Positions 6,378 through 13,212 of a stretch of 20,000 bases of DNA are shown in pieces. Numbering within the stretch: position 1 is the stretch's first letter; the number at the start of each line of letters is the position of its first letter. The DNA is from an uncultured virus (IMG/VR IMGVR_UViG_3300030107_004497) (lineage: Duplodnaviria; Heunggongvirae; Uroviricota; Caudoviricetes; Crassvirales). Under the pieces are notes generated by a model. The model saw only the letters and a list, made by a program, of their open reading frames with translations. It had not been told where the DNA came from and did not search any database. The position numbers and the translations under genes were made by a program. Where the stretch lies: the IMG/VR virus record IMGVR_UViG_3300030107_004497; one strand, given 5' to 3'.

Positions 6378-8975
6378 ATGAAAAAGATTTTAATATTATT
6401 ATTATTACCAGTACTTACCCACGGGCAAGTTATAAATACTTTTCCTTGGACACATGACTTTGATAATAACATAGGATTAGAACAAGACACTAATGATTTT
6501 GGTGATTGGCTCTTGCATCAAGGAACAACAAGTTCTTTTAATACAGGACCAACAGGAGATCATACCACAGGTAATGGTATCTACTTTTATGTAGAGTCTT
6601 CTGGGCAAAACTACGGTGGTAAAGTTTTTACAATATACACACCAATGTTTGATATATCACAAACGCCTGGTAAAGTATTATCTTTTTGGTACCATATGTA
6701 CGGTGCGGCTATGGGCGATTTAGAAATAGGTGTACTAGACAGTGTTGGATATACAGCTTTAGATACTATATCTGGTGACCAAGGTAATAATTGGAAATTA
6801 GCTTATTATCCAATAACAACAAACACACCGTTTAAAATAAAGTTTAAAGCTGTAACTGGTTCTAGTTATACTAGTGATATATCTATAGACGACGTGATGA
6901 TTAGTGATCCGTATACAGTTATATATGGTTGTACTGATACTGTATCATCTAACTATGATTCAACAGCTACGCATGATAATGGTACGTGTATATATGTTAC
7001 AGGTTGTATTGATCCTAGTGCTACTAATTATAATCCATGGGCTAATGTAGATGATGGTAGTTGTATAATGGATATTGCCTGTAACGATTCTATAGAATCT
7101 TTAGTTAATGTGGCAATACTATTAGACAATTGGCCAGGTGAAACATCTTGGGAAATAAAAGCAAACGGAAACGTCATACATTCCGTTGCACAAGGTACTT
7201 ATAGTTACACACAAACAGGACAAACTGTACATACGCAAGTTTGCGTACCTATAGGTGACACAATAGTGTTTACAATTAATGATAGTTACGGGGATGGTAT
7301 TGGAGGTGGTTCTGTAGTTGGTAGTTGTTTAGTAACAAATATAGATTGTCAAGATACTTTATTTTTACTAAATCCACCAAACTTTGGTTATACAGCTTCT
7401 TCTAATCCTTATATATCTGATCAATGTAATAATGATACTATAATATATGGCTGTACAAACTCAAGTTATTTAGAGTATGATTCGCTTGCTACTGTTGATA
7501 ATGGTAATTGTATGACACTAGCTACTTATGGTTGTACTGATTCTACACAATTCAACTACGATCCAAATGCTGACCGCATGTTATTAACATCACCTTGCGA
7601 TTATGATTTAATATTATTTGATGATGGTGGTGATTCTTGGGGTAACTGTTGGTTAGGAGTTTCACAAGGAGATTCATTGTGGCAATTTAAAATTAGTAGT
7701 AATGGTATTTATTCTGATACATTTGCTTTAGAATTAAATTCTTATGATGAAGTATATTTTTATTATTTTGAAATACCTACACCTCAACAAAATCCACAAC
7801 AATTAGATATACAAACTATACAAAACTCTTTCAAACTAGAAAATAGTTACGGTGTAATTATACATGAGGGAAATAACCCTTGGCCTGGTCCAAATGAAAA
7901 TAAACTAAGACACTATGTAAGTGATTTAGATATATACGAAGCTCAACCTTATTGCGGCAATGAATGTATACCAGTTGTTACTGGCTGTATGGATACTTTA
8001 GCTTATAATTACAATCCACTAGCTAATACTAACACAGTGTGCTATTATAATCCTGGTTGTACTAATCCAGGTTATTTAGAATATTATACCCAAGGTTTTA
8101 CCGCTGGTATTGATGATGGTAGTTGTAATACTATAGCTGTGTTTGGTTGCATGGATCCTAACGCTTTTAATTATGACCCTACTGCTAATGTTAGTAATGG
8201 AGGTTGTGTACCAGTTATACTTGGTTGTATGAACGAGTTAGCATTTAATTACAATCCTAATGCTAATACTCCAGACACTTGTATACCTTTAATTTATGGA
8301 TGTACTGACCCAACTATGTTTAACTATTGTGATACTTGTAATACTGATGATGGTAGTTGTTTACCGTACGTATTTGGATGTACTGACTCAACAATGTTTA
8401 ATTTTAATCCATTAGCTAATGCTGACAACGGTTCTTGTATACCTTATATATATGGCTGCACGGATCCTTCTATGCTTAATTATAACTCACAAGCAAACAC
8501 GGAGGATTTTAGTTGTATTCCTTATGTTTATGGGTGTATGGATAGTTTGGCTCTTAACTATGATTCACTTGCTAACACGGATAACGGTTCGTGTATCGAA
8601 ATCATTATGGGTTGCATGGATCCAGGAGCGTATAACTACGAACCAATTGCTAATGTTAACGATACTTTATCTTGTTTATATAGTGCTGGTTGTGTTACTG
8701 GTGCAGGTATACCTTATTGGTTGAATGATCCTTGTTACGCATGGGTGATTGACGTAGATGAATACTGTTGTGAAAACGAATGGGATGAAATATGTCAACT
8801 AACTTATAATTACTGTGATAGCTCTTGGTCTGGACCTATACCAAAAAGAATTTTAAACAAAACATTAATATCTATTACAGATGTTTTAGGTAGACCAACA
8901 AAAGAAAATAAAAATAAACTTTTATTCTACTTATATAGCGATGGCACAGTGGAAAAGAAATTAATAAAAAAATAA
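6378..8975 (+). CDS. Secreted Cys-rich repeat protein: signal peptide + MAM-like domain + 13 GC[TMI][DN] repeats + T9SS-like C-terminal domain
   Basis: Signal MKKILILLLLPVLTHG|Q. MAM hallmarks TGPTGDHTTGNG.YFYVESS, LSFWYHMYG, GDQGNNW, DISIDDV. Repeats GCxD...NY...A..DDGSC. Tail LISITDVLGR...LFYLYSDGTVEKKLIKK. Confidence 0.8.
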   Translation: MKKILILLLLPVLTHGQVINTFPWTHDFDNNIGLEQDTNDFGDWLLHQGTTSSFNTGPTGDHTTGNGIYFYVESSGQNYGGKVFTIYTPMFDISQTPGKVLSFWYHMYGAAMGDLEIGVLDSVGYTALDTISGDQGNNWKLAYYPITTNTPFKIKFKAVTGSSYTSDISIDDVMISDPYTVIYGCTDTVSSNYDSTATHDNGTCIYVTGCIDPSATNYNPWANVDDGSCIMDIACNDSIESLVNVAILLDNWPGETSWEIKANGNVIHSVAQGTYSYTQTGQTVHTQVCVPIGDTIVFTINDSYGDGIGGGSVVGSCLVTNIDCQDTLFLLNPPNFGYTASSNPYISDQCNNDTIIYGCTNSSYLEYDSLATVDNGNCMTLATYGCTDSTQFNYDPNADRMLLTSPCDYDLILFDDGGDSWGNCWLGVSQGDSLWQFKISSNGIYSDTFALELNSYDEVYFYYFEIPTPQQNPQQLDIQTIQNSFKLENSYGVIIHEGNNPWPGPNENKLRHYVSDLDIYEAQPYCGNECIPVVTGCMDTLAYNYNPLANTNTVCYYNPGCTNPGYLEYYTQGFTAGIDDGSCNTIAVFGCMDPNAFNYDPTANVSNGGCVPVILGCMNELAFNYNPNANTPDTCIPLIYGCTDPTMFNYCDTCNTDDGSCLPYVFGCTDSTMFNFNPLANADNGSCIPYIYGCTDPSMLNYNSQANTEDFSCIPYVYGCMDSLALNYDSLANTDNGSCIEIIMGCMDPGAYNYEPIANVNDTLSCLYSAGCVTGAGIPYWLNDPCYAWVIDVDEYCCENEWDEICQLTYNYCDSSWSGPIPKRILNKTLISITDVLGRPTKENKNKLLFYLYSDGTVEKKLIKK
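6927..8675 (+). repeat. Coding repeats of about 25-27 aa (GC[TMI][DN]xxAxNY[DN]xxAxxD[DN]GSC), 13 copies; nine tandem at about 7983-8675
   Basis: Counted in the translation: GCTDT, GCIDP, GCTNS, GCTDS, GCMDT, GCTNP, GCMDP, GCMNE, GCTDP, GCTDS, GCTDP, GCMDS, GCMDP. DNA is diverged at synonymous sites. Confidence 0.9.
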
Positions 8976-8978
8976 AAC

Positions 8979-9416
8979 ATGGCAACATTAACAGCTTCTA
9001 AAATAACAGAATCAGGTCTTACTTCTAGCCCTACTACAGCAGCGGTAAGTGGAGATCAATTTAGAAATACAGGTGTTGAATTTTTACGTATTAGTAATTT
9101 TCATAGAACAAAAACGTATACTGTTAAAATTGAAGTTCAAAACTCATCAGTAGTACATCCACAATATGGACCAACTACTAAAAATCATATTTATAAAACT
9201 ATTGCTCCTCCTGGTAGTGGTGCTAGCGCCAACGTTGGTGAAGTTACAGCTTATTTTGGACCTTTTAAACCAAAAGCATTTAACGACGCTAACGGAATGG
9301 TTAAAATTTATTATAAAGATGGTAGTGTAGCTAGTGATACTGGTTTTTCTGGAGGATCAGCTATACCTTCTTCTAACGCATTGTTAGAAGTTGACGTAAT
9401 ATACTTAGATAATTAA
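8979..9416 (+). CDS. Putative virion structural protein (beta-rich, capsid-decoration-like)
   Basis: MATLT...GL...AA.SGDQF.N.G.EFL.I.N...GPF....FND..G.V.I.Y pattern resembles small phage virion beta-sandwich proteins. Ser/Thr/Ala/Gly-rich and located in the structural module. Confidence 0.55.
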   Translation: MATLTASKITESGLTSSPTTAAVSGDQFRNTGVEFLRISNFHRTKTYTVKIEVQNSSVVHPQYGPTTKNHIYKTIAPPGSGASANVGEVTAYFGPFKPKAFNDANGMVKIYYKDGSVASDTGFSGGSAIPSSNALLEVDVIYLDN

Positions 9417-9427
9417 AACAATAAAAA

Positions 9428-10177
9428 ATGGCAATAACAGCGGCAATCACCTTAACTAGTGCGGCAGGTGACTTAGTAACAGACGCACTATCGCTTTCTA
9501 CAAGTGCAAATTTAACAAAAGCTGGTACTTCAACAGCTATTGCTAATACTAGTGGTTTAGCTAGAAAAACAACATCATATGCTAGTTCAGGTGTTATAGA
9601 TACTGTAGTTCTTTATAGAGGGGACGACTATACTAACGATGGAGCTAACAAAATATATTTAAAAAATACTTCGTCTACAGCGGCAGAATATTTCACGGTT
9701 TATATGACTGGTGATAGAGCTACTGATGTACATACAAACGCAGACCCTGGTTTAACAGAATTAGGTAGATTGTATGCTGGAGACTGGGCGTTTTTTCCTT
9801 GGAATGCTAGTGGAGGAACAAAAGAACAGTTTACAGTAACTATCGCTAATACTTGGGCTTCTGGAGATACCTTCGCATTTGATGGTGTTACGGTTGTAGC
9901 TGCTGACTCCACAGTAAATAATATAGCAGCTCAAATTGATGCTGCTCAATACCCTAATTGGGTAACATCTGTTTCTGGAGCAGTAGTTACATTTGTAGCT
10001 AGATATAGTAATGCTGGTATAGAAATAGATACTTCAGAAGCTGTAAGCACAACAGCTGGTGATGGTACTGGAGCAGTAGCAACTACAGTAGAAGGAACAA
10101 AATCTGTTTCAGATATATATATAAAACCAAGTGTACATACTGATATGACAATAGAAAGTATGTTATTTTACGAATAA
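9428..10177 (+). CDS. Putative virion structural protein, paralog 1 (with about 100-aa inserted domain)
   Basis: Shares MAxTAxxTL, AGT, NKIYLKN, GRLYAGDWAFFPW and C-terminal ESMLFYE with the next two ORFs. Thr/Ala-rich. Confidence 0.7.
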   Translation: MAITAAITLTSAAGDLVTDALSLSTSANLTKAGTSTAIANTSGLARKTTSYASSGVIDTVVLYRGDDYTNDGANKIYLKNTSSTAAEYFTVYMTGDRATDVHTNADPGLTELGRLYAGDWAFFPWNASGGTKEQFTVTIANTWASGDTFAFDGVTVVAADSTVNNIAAQIDAAQYPNWVTSVSGAVVTFVARYSNAGIEIDTSEAVSTTAGDGTGAVATTVEGTKSVSDIYIKPSVHTDMTIESMLFYE

Positions 10178-10201
10178 ACAAAAATAAATAAATAAATAAT
10201 T

Positions 10202-10624
10202 ATGGCAACAACAACAGCAGCGGTAACGCTAACTAGTGATCTATTATCAGATTCTTTGTCTGTTTCTACATCTACAACATGTATGAAAGCAGGTACGACG
10301 GCTGATGGTTTGGATCAAATGAGAATGGGATATAATGAAGTCCCTACAGGTACAAGTTTTGACCTTCTTGATGCTACAGCAGCAGCTGTAGATAAAGGAA
10401 ATAAAATTTACATATGCAACGAGTCAACTGATGAAACCTACTATATAATTGTAACTATAGACGCAAAAGTTATAGGTAGATTATATGCGGGTGATTGGAT
10501 GTTTATGCCTTGGAATTGTGATGACGCAACACATGACATTGAAATAGAAGCTTTCGTTGGTACTAACAATGTAACTTGGATGTGTTTTCACGAAGGAGAA
10601 ACATTAACAACTTCTGCAGATTAA
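10202..10624 (+). CDS. Putative virion structural protein, paralog 2
   Basis: MATTTAAVTLTS, KAGT, NKIYICN, GRLYAGDWMFMPW, WMCFHE. Confidence 0.7.
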   Translation: MATTTAAVTLTSDLLSDSLSVSTSTTCMKAGTTADGLDQMRMGYNEVPTGTSFDLLDATAAAVDKGNKIYICNESTDETYYIIVTIDAKVIGRLYAGDWMFMPWNCDDATHDIEIEAFVGTNNVTWMCFHEGETLTTSAD

Positions 10625-10649
10625 TATTAACTAATAAAAAATAAAAATT

Positions 10650-11069
10650 ATGGCTACAACAGCAACAATAACTTTAAATACAGACATAATACCATATTTT
10701 AGTAGTTATAGTAAGACTATGACTTTGACAGAAGCTGGTACTTCAATTGATTTAAAGGAAACAACAGGTTATTCAAGAAAAAAATTAACATCAGCAAGTA
10801 AAGTTGATTTGTTTACTATGGCTAATACAGCTGTAGACACAACAGCTACTACTACAGGTGCTAAAGTGTTTATTAAAAATATTGGGTATTTAGGAGTAAC
10901 AAACAAAGATAAAGGTGTAAAAGTATTAATAAACTCTGTAGAAATCGGTGTTTTATACGGTGATGATTGGATGATGATTCCGGTTACAGCCGCTGACGGC
11001 GAGGATATAGAAGTGCAACCAGACACAGATGACGCGGTTGTACTAGAGTACGCCATGTTCTTCCAATAG
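10650..11069 (+). CDS. Putative virion structural protein, paralog 3
   Basis: MATTATITLNT, EAGT, AKVFIKN, GVLYGDDWMMIPV, EYAMFFQ. Confidence 0.7.
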   Translation: MATTATITLNTDIIPYFSSYSKTMTLTEAGTSIDLKETTGYSRKKLTSASKVDLFTMANTAVDTTATTTGAKVFIKNIGYLGVTNKDKGVKVLINSVEIGVLYGDDWMMIPVTAADGEDIEVQPDTDDAVVLEYAMFFQ

Positions 11070-11070
11070 G

Positions 11071-11526
11071 ATGATAAGCGAGCACATTTCTTATCGTGAG
11101 GGCGTGTATAGCACAACAGCAACCCGCCTTGGAATTGATAACACTCCTAATGATGAGCAGCTAGAAAATATGGAATTAGTTGCCGAGGAAGTATTTGAAC
11201 CGCTTAGAGCTTATGTTGGTGGACCTATTAAAATTAATAGTTTTTTTAGGTCACCAAAGCTTAATACAGCTATTGGTGGATCTAGCAAGTCTCAACATTG
11301 TAAAGGTCAAGCTATAGATATTGATGATACATTCGGTAGAGCTACAAATGCCGAAATGTATCATTGGATAAAAGAAAACCTAGAGTTTGATCAAATGATA
11401 TGGGAGTTTGGTGATGATGATAATCCTAATTGGGTACATGTTAGTTATGTCTCCAAAGAAGATAATAGAAATAGATGTTTAAAAGCATATAAAGAAAATG
11501 GTAAAACTAAATATATGGTAATATGA
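11071..11526 (+). CDS. Peptidase M15 family Zn-peptidase (probable endolysin)
   Basis: INSFFRSPKLNTAIGGSSKSQHCKGQAIDI (R, SxH, D ligands) and WVHVSY (third Zn ligand) match the M15A/M15_3 pattern. Confidence 0.9.
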   Translation: MISEHISYREGVYSTTATRLGIDNTPNDEQLENMELVAEEVFEPLRAYVGGPIKINSFFRSPKLNTAIGGSSKSQHCKGQAIDIDDTFGRATNAEMYHWIKENLEFDQMIWEFGDDDNPNWVHVSYVSKEDNRNRCLKAYKENGKTKYMVI

Positions 11527-11798
11527 GAAACAAAGCTTTAAAAGGAATGACAGAATGCAAAGGTAGAATGTCTCCTTTAAAAAACTGGGATTTTAAAAAA
11601 GGACAAGGTAGTAAAAGCATTGCTCCAAAATCAAATAAAAGAGACTATAAAGGAAGTGAAAGAGGTAAAGATACTTGGGCTGCTAAGAAAATTAAAAATT
11701 TTATACCTGAAAACACTCCAAAAGGAATAGTTACTGCTGTTGCTCCTGTAGGTAAAGTAGTTAAGATGGGTAAGTTTCTTAAAAACCTAGTTACATAA
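11523..11798 (+). CDS. Small highly basic hypothetical protein
   Basis: 91 aa, Lys-rich. ATGA overlap with the endolysin stop indicates translational coupling. Confidence 0.6.
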   Translation: MRNKALKGMTECKGRMSPLKNWDFKKGQGSKSIAPKSNKRDYKGSERGKDTWAAKKIKNFIPENTPKGIVTAVAPVGKVVKMGKFLKNLVT

Positions 11799-11800
11799 TC

Positions 11801-12112
11801 ATGGAAAAGTTTTTGTTATTTACAAATGGAGGTGGATCGGCTGATATATTAAATTGGAGTCGTGATGAAGCTGCATTATATCCTGTGTCTAAATTTTTAG
11901 GTATAAGACCTGTTAGTAGTAACGAGCTTGAATTGTATTTTGAAGGTAGTGAAAAAGTTACTTTAAATATAAAAAATAGATCTCATCTTAGAGTTATGAC
12001 ATTAATAGGTACTACTATTGCTACAAGTACACAGCCTGTTATAGTTATAGCAGATGTAGATAATTCTAGATTTATAACAAAGGAAATCTATGGTTGTACT
12101 ATTCATAATTAA
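11801..12112 (+). CDS. Hypothetical protein
   Basis: 103-aa ORF starting 2 nt after the previous stop, in operon orientation. No motif recognised. Confidence 0.65.
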   Translation: MEKFLLFTNGGGSADILNWSRDEAALYPVSKFLGIRPVSSNELELYFEGSEKVTLNIKNRSHLRVMTLIGTTIATSTQPVIVIADVDNSRFITKEIYGCTIHN

Positions 12113-12168
12113 CAATTACTTAACATTATATTAATTAATACTTTATATTTATTAGTAATAATAAATAT

Positions 12169-12249
12169 ATGGAAACAACAGAAACTAAAGATCTTAGCTC
12201 AGTTATATACTTGATACTAATGATCACTATTTTTTTAATAGCATTATAA
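12169..12249 (+). CDS. 26-aa single-TM micro-protein (METTETKDLSSVIYLILMITIFLIAL), not in the ORF track
   Basis: Read by hand. AT-rich leader (aataataaatatATG), hydrophobic C-terminal helix, and a stop immediately before the terminator. Confidence 0.5.
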   Translation: METTETKDLSSVIYLILMITIFLIAL

Positions 12250-12282
12250 AAAAAAGGGAGCTTTTTAGCTCCCTTTATTTAT
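12248..12282. terminator. Bidirectional rho-independent terminator between the convergent modules
   Basis: Perfect stem AAAGGGAGCT (12253-12262), loop TTTT, AGCTCCCTTT (12267-12276). An A-run on the left and a T-rich run on the right give U-tails on both strands. Confidence 0.9.
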
Positions 12283-12477
12283 TTAGAATTGTCTGTTCTT
12301 TTGATCTTGAACCTCAATCCTGACTTCCTGTGCTAGTGATTTAACTAGTTGCATAGCTTTTCTAACTCTCGTTCCTGCAGAGTTATTTCCCTCTACAAAC
12401 TTCGTTACATCAGCTTGACAGTCATTAACAGCATCTTGTAGATCGTCAAACAATCCGTTTAATTTATTAAAACTCAT
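12283..12477 (-). CDS. Histone H1-like Hc1-family small protein (short form, no Lys-rich tail)
   Basis: KFVEGNNSAGTRVRKAMQLVKSLAQEVRIEV matches the GNxxAGTRxRK helical-hairpin signature of Hc1-like proteins of Chlamydia/Bacteroidota. Confidence 0.75.
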   Translation of the reverse strand: MSFNKLNGLFDDLQDAVNDCQADVTKFVEGNNSAGTRVRKAMQLVKSLAQEVRIEVQDQKNRQF

Positions 12478-12509
12478 AATTTAATTTAATTTAATTGTTT
12501 ATATTTAAT

Positions 12510-12755
12510 TTACTTTTTGCTGCATTCTTTTTTACAGTCCATAAAGAAGTACATAACAAATACTAAAGCCACTAGACCTACAAAACCTGCATTGCCTAAA
12601 GCGTTTATCATTGCCATGAAGTTACCTATAATATCCATACCAAATATTACTTCTCCTGTTAATAGACTCCATAAAATTGTTACCGGAATAATATGGATCA
12701 TTATTGTTACTAATCCACCAAAAAATCCCGAAAAATAATTCATTACTTTTTCCAT
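12510..12755 (-). CDS. Small inner-membrane protein (2-3 hydrophobic segments)
   Basis: FFGGLVTIMIHIIPVTILWSLL and AGFVGLVALVFVMYFF helices, basic C-terminus, A-rich leader. Confidence 0.65.
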   Translation of the reverse strand: MEKVMNYFSGFFGGLVTIMIHIIPVTILWSLLTGEVIFGMDIIGNFMAMINALGNAGFVGLVALVFVMYFFMDCKKECSKK

Positions 12756-12777
12756 TGTTTATTTTTTTAGTTAATAA

Positions 12778-13197
12778 TTAAAGTTTATAAGATATACTTA
12801 GGTTAAAGCTTCCTTCTCTTTCACCATTAGCATCTTCTTCTAAAGGCATTGTGATATTTGGATCAATATATAGTTTATCCCATAAGTTAAAGGAATAACC
12901 TAATCCTAAATCCATTCTATCAATTAACTCTTTAGTTTCATCGTTATAATTATATACACATGTAGCCCAAACTCCTGACTTGTGTACAACATAACGTGCT
13001 ATAAACTCGTACTCATCGTCTCCATCCATTGTAACACCAATCATCGCGCAGTCATTTAAATTGTAACCAAATCCAATTTTTTCTGTAAGCGACCAAGCTG
13101 AATCAGCAGTTTCAGTAAGTGTTGTTAACACTGAAAACTGGGCAGATGCAATCATCGTACTAAAAGCCAAAGCCATTGTTAAAAATAATTTGTTCAT
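12778..13197 (-). CDS. Small exported outer-membrane beta-barrel-like protein
   Basis: Signal MNKLFLTMALAFSTMIASA|Q. Amphipathic strands IGFGYNL, YEFIARY, LGLGYSF, LYIDPN and C-terminal FNLSISYKL. Confidence 0.7.
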   Translation of the reverse strand: MNKLFLTMALAFSTMIASAQFSVLTTLTETADSAWSLTEKIGFGYNLNDCAMIGVTMDGDDEYEFIARYVVHKSGVWATCVYNYNDETKELIDRMDLGLGYSFNLWDKLYIDPNITMPLEEDANGEREGSFNLSISYKL

Positions 13198-13212
13198 AAA
13201 TAGTTGTTTTAA

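Noticed and set aside
7983..8675. CRISPR array or diversity-generating retroelement repeats
   Set aside because: The repeats are conserved at protein level only, with synonymous divergence. There are no identical DNA repeats with spacers, no adenine-specific TR/VR pair and no reverse transcriptase in the window.
8419..8724. Alternative-frame 101-aa hydrophobic ORF
   Set aside because: It lies wholly within the repeat region of the 865-aa gene and is best explained as a shadow of its codon pattern.
12478..12509. (TTTAA)n micro-repeat as an origin or iteron
   Set aside because: It is only 3-4 copies directly upstream of a start codon, and similar (AAAT)n leaders occur at 10178-10201. Better explained as an A/T-rich translation leader.
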